DNA from: Hyaloraphidium curvatum SAG 235-1
Lineage: Eukaryota > Fungi > Monoblepharomycota
Length of the DNA: 64,000 nt
Direction of reading: 5' to 3'
Assembly (NCBI GenBank): GCA_025558095.1
Contig: JAIVFI010000030.1
Span: forward strand, 496,001 to 560,000
This document shows, one piece after another, positions 45,189-56,431 of this stretch; the first letter of the stretch is position 1, and the number at the start of each line of letters is the position of its first letter. The notes beneath the pieces were generated by a model. That model did not search any database and was not told the origin of the DNA. It saw only the letters and a list, made by a program, of their open reading frames with translations. The position numbers and the translations under genes were made by a program.

Positions 45189-47167
45189 CGGTACTTGGTA
45201 GTTCGGTTGCGACGGAGTACTGATTCATGAACTGCTCACAGCACAGGCTCACCGGACGCCATGCGACGATCTGTACCAACCTGCCCATACATGCACCAGG
45301 AGGAGCTTTGTGGTCACCCACAGAATATTCTGCCGTTCCGGTGACGATCCGGGTAAGCAGATGTGGGATTTGGAAGGCGTTCGCGGGCGACTGGTGCGAA
45401 CGGAGACCACGGTCCAGACTGCGGACCTCATGCGGCCCGCTGAGGTCGGTTCCGGGTTGCGCCGGCTACGGAAGGACGGATATCCCGCCGAACCTGATAG
45501 CTGCACGAAACGTACCCCACGATCCTACATTTCCGCCCCTGGAACGAGCCTACAGGTCGCGGAAATCCCATGGGGCACCTTGCCCCCGTGAACCGCTCGG
45601 ACAACAGCCCACCTCCTCCCACGACGCGACCTGTCCTACTTTCTCTATCCTCCATCGCACTCTGGGGCCCTGCGCATTACGCGACGCTCCGCACCGCCCG
45701 CCGCGCGGAGGCCCGGACGCGAGCCCGTCGGACGTCCCACTGGACGCCGCGTCTGGCCCGAATCAACTGCTCCGCCGGCCACCGGGGACCGGACGCCCGC
45801 GACGTTCCGCAGCGGGGCGAGGTACTGTATCAGGCGTTGTGGCGAGCCGGGGGACGACTCGATCGCCGACTAGGCACGTTCTTGACCTTCCCGCATTCCA
45901 GTCTCCACCACTGCAGCGGCTTCCGGGGGCGGGGAACACGAGTCCGACAGTGCATAATCCGTTGGAATTGCCGCAGGCGCGGTCGGACTCCCTCGGCGGG
46001 AGAGCCGTTCGGGGGAGGCAACCGAGGAACGTCGACGGTGCGGTCGCCATCGCGCCCTCCGACCCCAACGCCCGCAGTGCGTGGCGCGGCAGCGTGCCGA
46101 GCCGCCGTGGCAGTCTCGATGGCGCGGCCCGGAACAGCGGCCGCGGGCCCATCGGTGCCGGCGTCGGTCCCCCGCCCCGCCCCGCGCGCCCGCATCGTCG
46201 CCCCCGCACCGTCGTCCCGCACCGGCCGGCGGGCGTCATCCTTGCCGCTGCGGTGGCAAGCGTCCCGCCGTGCTAGTCGTGCTTTTCGATCGCTGCACAT
46301 CGGACGGCGGGGACGGAGCCGCGAACCGCTTCACCTGCCGCGGGGCGTGCGCCGGGCTCGATGACGACCTTGCCATGGAGCCCGCGCATCCCGTGCGCTC
46401 CATGGCAGAGCGCGCCACCATGCTGCTGGCCGAACCCCCCCGTACCGCCCTCCTTCGCCGTGCCTCCCGAGCACGTGCCCCCGAGCCTCTCCTGCCCCGC
46501 CCCTCTCTGCCCTCTCGTCGGCCCCATCTGCATCTCGCTCGGGCAACTCCGCCGCCGTCGGCCGCCTCACCGACCCGCGGCACGGCCTCGCTTGCCGCCG
46601 TGGAGCCCCGGCCCGTCGCGGTCATTTGGGGGCGGCCTGCCGATACGCGAGGCGGCCAGCGGAGGCTTCGACGAGGAACGGCGGCGCTGGCGAGCGCGAC
46701 GGAGCTTTCATGGAAGAGCTCTTTCCCTCTGAGCCCGGCGCGGCGAGCATGAAGTATTCGCGGCCCGACTCAGACGGGTCGTCGGACGTGGAGGGCGACG
46801 GGAAGATGGAGTGCAAGACGGCAACGGAGGATGAGAAGGGGCATGTGAGGCACCTGAGGTTCTGGACGAGGGTCCGAGTGCCTCTCTCGGCCCAGTCGAG
46901 GAGGACTCCGGACGAGTGCGATCCCGGCCGGCCGCGGCCTGGGTGCCCTCCCAGCCCCGCTCCTCCCCGCCATCCGCCATCCCCCTCCTCTCCCCTGTGA
47001 TCGCCGCCCCCGCTGGCACGCCTCAAGCGCCACCAGCTCAGCCACCATCGCGCTAGCGCGAGGCCAGATGTGCCACTGCACATGGATCTCGAGTCGAACG
47101 ACGGCGACGGGAACACCCCTGTAGTCGGAGCGTGAATTGAACCGGATCGAATCCAATCCATCTCTAT

Positions 47168-47704
47168 TCAACGGCGGTGGCACCTTTCCGGAGCCCTGTT
47201 CGGTTTCGCACATTCCGCACACTCGTCGTTCGGCTGCTGCCGCTCCGAGGCGCAACGGCAGCAGGGCTTCCCGTTGCACCTCCAGTAATAATCAGGCCCG
47301 AAGGCCCGCACACCACCTCCAACCTTCTTCTTTGTGTGCCAGAAGCGGCCACCGGGTAGCCCCTTCTGCCACCTGTGAAGCTGGCTGCTTCGAAGAGCGG
47401 CCTCCTCAGCGTCGAGCCTCGACAGGTGGCGGTAAAGGCACGCGGCTTTGTCTCCGCGGGGGCAGTTACCGCAAACAAAGCGGTCCGGATCCTGAGCAAA
47501 GAGCCTGCAGATGCAGCAAGCATCTATCCAGGACGTGCAGCCACCCGCGCAGAAGGGGTCCCGCACGAAGGGGGGTTCCGGCGCCGCAAGCTGCTGCCAC
47601 CGCGTGCAGTCCAGCGACCGGCCCTCCTCGCACGCCGCGAGACGTGCACCGCAAACCCCTTGGCGGCCCCGTCCGCACCCGCCAGCATACCCTGACCATG
47701 GATG
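47168..47704 (-). pseudogene. Cys-rich coding fragment abutting a repeat
   Basis: CCICRL..CGNC..C; YWRCNGKPCCRC..ECAEC; no start of its own. Confidence 0.25.
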
Positions 47705-48062
47705 TGACTGCGGGCAGCTTTGCCCCCAGGAGCCGCTGGGCGGGGGGGCGCAGAGGCGGGGGGAGTTGGGGGCCACGATCGGGGGGTTTCTGCGGGCGGC
47801 CATCCTGCAGCAAGGGTCCGCACGGCGGCCTGCTGCAGGCCCCGGCGATCGCATGAGATCAGGAGAAGTGGCGTGAGGTTGGTCAACGCGGGTATTGGCT
47901 GCCGATCCTTGCGGTCCAGGGCTCGTCGTCGTTCCCCCGCGGGAGGATGCCACAACCGCCCGAGGTCGTGCCAAGGCTAGGTGAGGGCGCCGCCCGCCAT
48001 CTGATGCCAGCTCTTTAATCGCTCTAGTGGGGGTCATCGAGAGACAATGCGTATCAGAGCAC
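47705..48062 (+). repeat. Dispersed ~357 bp repeat copy 1, possible LTR/TE remnant
   Basis: Aligns by eye to 50619-50973; last ~60 bp almost identical. Confidence 0.8.
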
Positions 48063-48169
48063 TGTTCCGGCGTGCGCGGACGATCGGCGCGCTCAACGGT
48101 GCACCAGCCAATCGGCGATGAGGGCTCGGAGTGCCAACCCCGCAACGACGGACGCTACACACGCCCGCC

Positions 48170-49672
48170 ATGACCCCGAAGGAGCTCCTCGCCGTGCTCC
48201 CGCGCATCTCCGTGCTCCAGTCCCCGCTGCCCGGCCTCGCCGCGGAGCCGGACGCGGAAACGCTCGCCGCCGTCGCGCTCTCCGCGGAAAACCCGCCGAC
48301 GCCCCGCGCCCTCGCCGGGGCCGCGGCCCGCACGTCTCGGCTGCTGGGCGTCCTCGCGGGATTCTCGCTGCCCCTCGCGGCACCGGGGAGGCGCTGGCTC
48401 TACCTTTCGACGTTGTGGGGCAGCGTGCCGGGCGTGATCCTTTCCGTCGCGCTGTACCCGCTGATCGCGTCTGCCGCCGGCCCCGCCGACCCCGCCGCCG
48501 CGTTCGGCTCCGTACGCATCGCCGTGGGCGCGGCGGGCATCGCGTGGTTCGTCCTGACGTCGGCCGCCACGGTGTCCCGCATCCCGTACGACGCCGGGAC
48601 CCGCCCCGAGAACCACATGCTGGCCGTGCTCGCGAGATGGCTGGACGTCGCCGGCTCCGGACCCCGGTCGGAGCAACTGGTGAAGGCCGAGGACGGAGCC
48701 GCCGGGGACAGCGGGCTTGCCGTGCACATGGACGGGGACGCGGACTGCCCCTGCGCGCGGGACACCTGCGCCGGACGCGCGGGCACGCACGCGGCTTTCT
48801 TCTTCCTGGCGGACTGTGCCCTCCGGTTGCCGCTGCTCGTGCTCTCCTACGCCGTACTCCCGATTTGGACCCCCGCCTTTTCCGGTGGCAGGGTCCTCTG
48901 GAGCACCTGGTGGGGCTGCCTCCTCGGAGCCTCGGCGATCGCCATCGCCTTCCTCATGGCCATCACGATGCTCGCCCTCGCCTTCATCTCGCCACGACCG
49001 CCGGTCACGCGACTTTCGGCGCGACTGCAGCGCCGCGCCGTCTCCGTCCGCCTCGCCGCCCTCGTGCGCCGGTACCGCGTGCTCCTCCTCGCTCCCACCG
49101 AACCGGCACACCCCGTGGGGCAGCCCGCCCCGTTCGAGCCGTACGAGCCACTCCTCCGCCACCTCGTCTCGTCGTGGTCCGGCATCCGATCTGCCAGCGC
49201 CTCGGGCGTGCAGCGCATCTCCCTCGTTGGCCTCCTCCTCCTTCCCCCGTTCGTCGCCAACCTCGCCCTCTCGTGCATCCCCGCGTGGGAAGTCGCCGTG
49301 CTCCTCTGGTGGGCCGTCTTTGTCCTGCAGTACCTGCTGGACTACGCCGCCGCCAACGCGCGCATCGGCACCTCCGAGGCGGCCGTCCGCGCCGCGCGCG
49401 GCGAGATCCTCGCCTTGCTCGCCGCCGCCCGCGAATCGGGCAGCTGCACCGACCCGGCGCGGGCGGAACGCGCCGCCGCCCTGTCTGCGCACGGGGACAG
49501 GCTTGCGGCGTTCCTGGGCGCCGCCGAGCCCGCGCGGTTCTTCGGGTTCCCGGTGGGCTACGGGACCGTCAGGACGCTCTTCGTCACGATGCTCACCCTG
49601 GTGTTTGCCGCATGGGGGTTGCTGCGGGCGCTCGGGGTACGGGTGGTGCTCGAGTCGTACTGTCCGCTGTGA
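48170..49672 (+). CDS. Seven-TM membrane protein, gustatory-receptor-like (7TMIC) candidate, intronless
   Basis: Seven hydrophobic helices; C-terminal ARFFGFPVGYGTVRTLFVTMLTLVFAAW resembles GR TM7a/7b. Confidence 0.7.
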   Translation: MTPKELLAVLPRISVLQSPLPGLAAEPDAETLAAVALSAENPPTPRALAGAAARTSRLLGVLAGFSLPLAAPGRRWLYLSTLWGSVPGVILSVALYPLIASAAGPADPAAAFGSVRIAVGAAGIAWFVLTSAATVSRIPYDAGTRPENHMLAVLARWLDVAGSGPRSEQLVKAEDGAAGDSGLAVHMDGDADCPCARDTCAGRAGTHAAFFFLADCALRLPLLVLSYAVLPIWTPAFSGGRVLWSTWWGCLLGASAIAIAFLMAITMLALAFISPRPPVTRLSARLQRRAVSVRLAALVRRYRVLLLAPTEPAHPVGQPAPFEPYEPLLRHLVSSWSGIRSASASGVQRISLVGLLLLPPFVANLALSCIPAWEVAVLLWWAVFVLQYLLDYAAANARIGTSEAAVRAARGEILALLAAARESGSCTDPARAERAAALSAHGDRLAAFLGAAEPARFFGFPVGYGTVRTLFVTMLTLVFAAWGLLRALGVRVVLESYCPL

Positions 49673-49689
49673 TGCTTGGCGGCTCCACG

Positions 49690-50618
49690 GAATGCTCTTG
49701 GATATTGATACGGTCTGATGGAAGCGATCGCGTAGCTGAAGGACGGCCCCGCGGACGTGAACTGTATCGAGTTGTCGAATCCGACGCGAGCCTCCTCACG
49801 TCCCGCATGCCCCGTGGGAGGGAAAAGGGAGCAGGTCGGCCAGAGCCTCCTTCGGGGCGTGCAGAAAACCTCCAACTTCCTACCCGCAGAGTGCCGCTGA
49901 CCGAACGTCGGGAAACTGGGCACGATGTGCGTCGTTCTGAAATCGGAGAGCATCGTGTTCGACCTACCATAAAACTCGTCCGAATCCTCGCCTCCGCACT
50001 CGCAAATGCTCACGTCGTCCCAGTCCATGATGCTGTTCCAGAATCCGAGCTCCAAGTGCTACGCGTCGTAGTGCTCGACGCCATGCAGCGCGCCGTGCAC
50101 CCCGTCAATCCTAAGGTTGGTGCCACCGCTTCGGAGTGAAGAGCCGATGTCACGTAGCTGGGTCTCATCAAGCGCGCTGAGCTTCATTTCGCGGATCTTT
50201 AGCTCCTTCAGCCCCGTGCCGACGCCCTCCGATCAAGCAGCCTGACGAAATCACCGGGAGCTCGACCGTTTCGAGGGAGTCCCTAACCCTAAGCAGCAGT
50301 TTCGGAAACGAAGGGCCGCCAGCGGCGTCTCTTGCAGCGCGCCAGTCATCCAACGGGTCGCCAGCAGCGTCCCCCTCGAACTCGTCCTCGTCCTCGTAGG
50401 AAGCGTCGCTGATATCCCGGTAAGCGAGCGTGCACAGGTTCTTTGCCATCTGTCCGATCAGGGGAATCAGCCTGCGGAGTTCGGCCAGCTCGCCCACGTC
50501 GAGCTCCTCGACGTTCACGCAGAGCTTCGGAATCTCCTCCTCGACGGCGAGCGAGCCCGACAACGACAGCTTCTGTGCGTGCGAGAACTTGTCGATGCCT
50601 TGCGAGTCCTCCAGGCGC
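49690..50618 (-). pseudogene. Degraded LRR-like gene fragment
   Basis: LxxLxL text (NVEELDV, LETVEL, LKELKI, HLELGF); frameshift near 50225 and TAG 50059-50061; 5' end replaced by repeat. Confidence 0.45.
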
Positions 50619-50973
50619 TGACTGCGTGCAGCTTTGCCGTCCGGAGCCGCCGTGCGGTGGGGTGCAGACGCGGGGCGGAGTGAGGGGCACGATCTTGGGT
50701 GTTCTGCGGGCGGCCATCCAGCGGCACGCTCCTCACGGCGCTCTCCTGGTGGCCCCTGCGATCGCATGAGATCGGGAGAAGTGGCGTGAGCTTGTTCAAC
50801 GCGGGGATTGGCTGCGGATCTTTGCGGTCCGGGGCTTATCGTTCCGCGGCCGAGAAGATGCCGTCAACCGCCCGAGGTGGTGGCAAGGCGAGGTGCGGGT
50901 GCGCCCGCCATTTGATGCCAGCTCTTTGATCGCTCTAGTGGGGGTCATCGAGAGACAATGCGTATCAGAGCAC
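50619..50973 (+). repeat. Dispersed ~355 bp repeat copy 2
   Basis: Matches 47705-48062. Confidence 0.8.
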
Positions 50974-51101
50974 GAATTGCGGGCCCATGGTAGCAAGTGC
51001 GGGCAGCGGTCCTTCCCGCGCGTTCGATCGGCGACGGAAACGCGTTCTCTCGCCGCGCGCGCTTCAACACCTCCTCGTCTCGATCCGGGCTAAAATCCAC
51101 G

Positions 51102-51758
51102 ATGCGCATCGCGGTTTTCGGCGGCACCGCCGGCGTCGGCCTCTCCTTCGCGCGGCAGGCCTCGCCCGCGCACTCCCTCGCCGTCCTCGCGCGCGACCCC
51201 GCCAAGCTCGCCGGCCTCCCCGTGCGCGCCGTGGCGGGCAACATCGCGCTGCCCGGCAGCGAGCCCGCCGTGGACGACGTGCTGCGCGGCGCGGAAGCCG
51301 TGTTCGTCTCGCTCGGCGCGCGGATGGGCGATCCCGCGCCGGGGCAGGCCGAGGTGTGCTCCGCGGGCCAGGCGAGGATCATGGAGGCGCTGGCGAGGCG
51401 GTGGGCCGCCGAGCCGTGGCAGGGGAAGCTCAGGATGGTGGTGGTGACGAGCATCGGGTGCGGCGCGACCAAGGGGGACATCCCGGAGCGGGTCTATTCC
51501 TTCCTGGAGCCGGCGCTGAGGGACAAGGACCTGCAGGAGGCGCTGCTCTTCCACCTGGGTCAGCCGCTGGCGTCGGCGATCGAGTGGTCCATCGTGCGGC
51601 CCGGTGGGCTCACGGACGATCCGCCGAGGGGGTACCGTTCGGCGCCGGGCGGGATCAGGGGGGTCACCACGAGGGCGGACGCGGCGGCGTACTGCCTGGC
51701 GGTGCTCGAGGGAAGGGAGCCGGCGGGGAACGCGGCGGTGTCGGTGATCTCCATCTAG
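51102..51758 (+). CDS. NAD(P)-binding Rossmann protein (flavin reductase/BVR-B-like atypical SDR)
   Basis: MRIAVFGGTAGVG, LARDPAKL, VVTSIG, DKDLQE, WSIVRPGGLTD, TRADAA. Confidence 0.85.
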   Translation: MRIAVFGGTAGVGLSFARQASPAHSLAVLARDPAKLAGLPVRAVAGNIALPGSEPAVDDVLRGAEAVFVSLGARMGDPAPGQAEVCSAGQARIMEALARRWAAEPWQGKLRMVVVTSIGCGATKGDIPERVYSFLEPALRDKDLQEALLFHLGQPLASAIEWSIVRPGGLTDDPPRGYRSAPGGIRGVTTRADAAAYCLAVLEGREPAGNAAVSVISI

Positions 51759-51872
51759 GGCGGTTGGTCCGAGGTCAACAGAAGGAGTTTCTAGTACTTG
51801 TAGCTTCTCCAAAGGCAAAACGACGCAGTCACGAAACGCCGGGCGACCGACGTCCCCTCAACCTCAAGGACG

Positions 51873-52911
51873 CTAGCAGCCCTCCCCCGGCCCGTTGTGC
51901 AGGATCGCCGCCTTGGGCCACATCGGGCAGTGCGGCGCGCACGAATCCCTGTGGGTGTCGTAGTACGCCAGCACGGCCCAGTCCTCGGTGCGGCCCTCGG
52001 GCCGGCCCATGTTGGGGGGCAGGTACAGCGCGGGCGGGATGAGCCACCACGACGAGGCCGTGGTCAGGGGGTTGAAGCTGCGGTGGCTCGGGGGGCGGAA
52101 GTTGCAGCCTGCCGGCGGGGACGAGTCAGAGCCGTGCCGGCGAGGGGCACGCCTCGGGAGGGGAACTTACCTGTGCCGGGAGCGTTCGCCTCGCAGTACA
52201 GGTTGTTCTGGGCGTCGGTGCGGACCAGGAGCACCTCGTAGCACCAGGACTGGGGCAGGGTGGACCACAGCGGGCCCTGGTTCACCAGCACGCCCGTCAG
52301 GCCGGCCTTGGTGGTGATGCGGCGGCGGGTCGTGGTCTTCTTGCGGCGGGTCGTGGTCTTGCGGCGCTTGGTCGTCGTCTGATGGGGGAGCGGTGAGGTC
52401 AGGCGCCGTCGCGCGCGGGCGGGCGAAACTGCCAGGTCACACCTTCCGGCGCTTGGTCGTCGTCTTGCGGCGCGAGGTCGTCGCCCAGCACGCCGCGGGG
52501 TCGACGGGCAGGCTGGCCGCCAGGCACGTCGAGCACGGGCTGCCGCCATCGCGGGAACCGGAGGTCATCAGCCCCTCATCCCGCCCCACATCGCGCGCCA
52601 ACCCACGAGCACTTGTCGCAGGTCGCGCAGAGCGACGCCTGGCAGCACGTCGAGGCGCACTCGGTGCCATTGGCACAGGCGGCGCCGACCGGGCCGGATT
52701 GCCTACCGGCGGGCGCGGCGGGGCAGGCGGGGAGGAGCGATGCGGGCAGCGGAGGGCCGTAGGAGCGGGATTAGCGCCGCTCGAGGGCTGCGCTGCCTCC
52801 CAGGGCCCACCTCGCGACGAGCCTGGAGTCGGAACCGGCGGTCGCGCCCGGCGCGGCAACGACGGCCGCGGCGACGGCGGCCACGGCCAACAGCACGAGG
52901 AACGCGCGCAT
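51873..52911 (-). CDS. Secreted Cys-rich protein with basic TTTKRRK repeat linker, about 4 introns
   Basis: Signal peptide MRAFLVLLAVAAVAAA; CANGTECASTCCQASLC; C-terminal Cys/Trp domain. Confidence 0.6.
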
Positions 52912-53305
52912 CGTTGCCTTCCGGTGGCCGGCGCTGCGGAAGGACGGGCGGAGGGTCGGGGGATCGACTGTCCGCTGCGCCTCGTCCGACTTTGTTGCGC
53001 ACCCTCCCGTTTTGGGAGCGCGTCAGCCCGCACCTTACGCACAGGGATCGGCCGGCCGCGGAGCACTCGATGAAGAAGTCGATGGGGTGACCAGGTAGCA
53101 GCATTTCGCCGACGAAATGTCTCGCGGCTGGTGGAATGGAGACGTCGGAGATTCACAAAAGGTGGGCACAAGGAGACCCTGGCCGCGGAGCGTCGTTGAA
53201 TAGTGGACCCGATCCTCGGCCGCCCTCGAGAAAGGCGGACGTGCAGCTTCGCCTGGCTCCGACTTATTGATATCCCGCACAATAGATGACCGACACCCGA
53301 CAGCT

Positions 53306-55962
53306 TCAGAGGAAGGCGATGTCGGTAAACTCGTCCACCATCACGTCCGTCACCGCATCCTCCGAAGCATCCTCGTCGACGGCGGCGTCGGTATCGGCCA
53401 TCGATTCCACCGCCGCGTCGTCCGCCACGCTGGAGACGGCGGCGTCGTCCACGTACCTGACCGCGCTGACGGTTTGCACGTCGGTGTCGATGAAGGCGTT
53501 GAACGAGCGGCGGAAGCTGGTCGTCTCGGCGGTTTCCTGCGGAAAGCGACGGTGAGGACAGATAGCGCCTCGTTCGTGCAGGGTACCCACCCCGACCATG
53601 TCCCACAGGTCGTTCTCTCCCATCTCCGCAAACACGTCGCCGAATTCGGGCTCCAGGGAGTTGATGGCCTCGATCATGTCCGCCACCGTCTCGCCCAGCA
53701 CCTCCCCCATGTCCGCCACGAGCTCGGCCAGCGACGTGAAGGCCTCCGTAATAGCATCCTCGAACTGGTCGGCGACCCCCGGCATCTGCAAAAAGTAGCC
53801 CAGGAACCCCTCGGCGGCCTGCCCCGAGGCGACCTTGCGCGCCGCCTGGCGCAGGGTCCCGACGAAGACAAGGCACGGCTCGCCCAGGACGGTGCACACC
53901 GTGGAATTGACCCTGATCCCGTCCGAGATGGGCTCGAGTTTCCGGTACGCGGGGCCCAGCACCGCCGTCGGCACCTGCCCTCGCGGCCGCGCCGCGGCGA
54001 GGTCGCTGGGGTACCCCGCCGGCGCGACGTTGCCGAGCTTGATGCAGTCGGTGCGGCTCCAGATCCGCGAGGGGGACGAGAACGGCGGGTACGGGCCCGT
54101 CGTCTTGCGCTTGGCCCCGGTGTGCATGGCGAGGAACTGCACGTTGGCGACGTTGGGGTTGTTGCCCGTCTGGCACGGGTGGCCGAGGATGACGGTGCCG
54201 TTGTTGTGCAGGCAGACGTCGCCGAGGCCACGGAAGTTCTGCTGCCACTGCGGAATCGGGAGCTGGACGTACTCGGAGGTCTGCTTCTGCTGCGTCCAGT
54301 AGGTCTTGTTGAACGCGGCGGGGACGTCCTTGTTGTACGGATTGAAGGCGTAGAACCACTGGGCGGTCGCGTTCGGTTTGCCCCAGCAGCACGTGGTGCC
54401 TGTGCCGGCGGTGAGCGTCGCCCTGCGTGCGTGCGCGTCAGCACGCCGTACGTCCGAGCGGACAAAACGTCCGCCGCCCACCACGACGAGGACGAGACGA
54501 CGGGCTTGGTCCAGGTGAGCCCGATCGAGGAGCGCTCGTTGGTGAACTGGTTCGCCACGGAGATGCTGAACGTCTGCTCGCCGTCTTGCAGGGCAAAAAG
54601 CGGTGCCCCGATGTCGGCGCACTGGTTCCACCCAAGGTCGATGCTGCGGATCACGCCCCCGGTTCCCTCGCTGCCGTACGTGAATGTGCTCGGCACGTCC
54701 TGGTTCACAAGGCGTATCACCATGCCCGTCGTCTGGAACGCGTCGTTCCGCCTTTCCAGCCCGTGGTCAGGTGATGCCGTGGTGATCGCGGCCTGCCGGC
54801 GGCGGAGCGGGGGCTCGCTGCGGCGGAGGGACCGTGCGCGGCGGGGCTGCGGCATGGCCGCGGCGGCGGCGGCCTTGGCTGACTGCGGTCCCCCGAAGGC
54901 GTGCACAAGGGGTCCCAGGGCCCTCCAGAACTTGAGGAAGAGGCGGGATTCGCCGCAGTCGCCGGCGTGGCTGGTGCCGTTGGTCGTGCGGAGCGAGTAG
55001 CGGGCCGGGCACGAGTACAGCACGGCCGAGCTTGCGCTGCCCACGGCCTGCGCGGAAAGCCGGTTCGCTGCCTCCTCGCAGGCGCCTCGGGATGCGAACG
55101 AAGTGCAGCAGGATGCGAAGCCGCCCTTGGAAGGAAACAGATCAGGAAGAGCACCCGAGGTTCTCGCCGCCCCGAAGATACCTTGACGGCGCCGTTGCAT
55201 GATGCCTTGGAGCCCTTCTTGAGGCAGGCGGGGGCATTGCTGCGCGGGTCCGTGCGCAGCGGAACGAAGCGGGCGCCGGCCAACTTGTGGCAGTTCCACG
55301 GGCCGACGGCGTTGACCTTGACGGTGGCAGTGACGGTCTTGCGGGCCGTGACGGAGACCTTGGTCGTCGTGACGCGCGTCGCCGACCTGGTCTTGAGCGT
55401 GCGGTAGCTCGTCCGCGTCGCCGTCAGCACGGACGGCACGCAGCACGATCCGGCTGCGGGGCACCTCGGGCACACGCTGCGGCCGTTGGCGTTTGCTTCC
55501 GGAGCGAGGGCGGCGCCAGCGGGGGACCAGGCCTCGCCGCGGGCGTAGAGGTCCGCGACCATGTCGGCCAACCCGGCGGGGTCATCGACGGCGCGGGCGG
55601 CCTTCCTGGGGGGCGCCACGACGGTGGCGACGAAGGTGGTGCTGGTCGCGGTCTTTGTGACCCTGACGGTGGCCCGTACGACTTTGAGGGACGTGACGGT
55701 GGTCTGCGCACGAGCCGGGGACGTGAGCAACCCGCGGGGCCCCGGCCGCCAAACGCTCATGCGCAGCGATGCCCACCGTGCCCAGGGAAGCGGTCTTGAC
55801 GACGGTCGTGGTCGCCCTGCAGCAGCAGCCGGCCACGTTTGCCTGCGCAGTGCCGCAGAGAGGGCCGACGACCGTGGCTCCGGCAAGGCCGGGCGCGAGC
55901 AGCGCCGCGAGGGCGGCGCACGCGAGGGCAAGGAGCACGAGGGACGGCGGATTGGTCCGCAT
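53306..55962 (-). CDS. Large secreted modular protein of unknown function, about 4 introns
   Basis: Signal peptide; Thr/Val/basic stalks with CC motifs; LERR site; Cys-containing core; acidic C-terminus. Confidence 0.6.
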
Positions 55963-56431
55963 CGAAGGGGGACACCTTTTGTGCGGGATGATGGCGTGGC
56001 GTGGCGATGCTGATTGGGGACGTCCCTTTTGAGGGTGGAGTTTCCGCGCCCGCCTGGGGAGTTTCTGCGCCCGTCAAAGGGGGGCAGCGGGCGCGGAAAA
56101 TGATTCCCCACCACCTTGGTCATTCAGTCACAGGATCCTATACCCTCTTTTCGAACCGGAAATTTGGGTATACCCACCTTGCAAAAGGCCCTGCGAGTTC
56201 CGAAAGCTCGGCATTTCCTGCCGCCGCTCTGCGTAATAGGCTCGGCGGGCAACCCATGGAGCTGCAGCTGACGGGCGAGGAGATCGAGGAATGCGCGTGC
56301 GACAGGTAATGGAACCAAGGATTCGAAGAGGCACTACCTCTTTCGGTTCCGCGTCGGCAACCCGACATCTAAGTTATACAACAATCATTACGTCTGCCCT
56401 TTCGCCCACTCCAACGGCTGTTCTCCGCCAC

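Noticed and set aside
43500-47160. Protein-coding genes in this interval
   Set aside because: Only broken low-complexity fragments; nothing supportable apart from the tRNA
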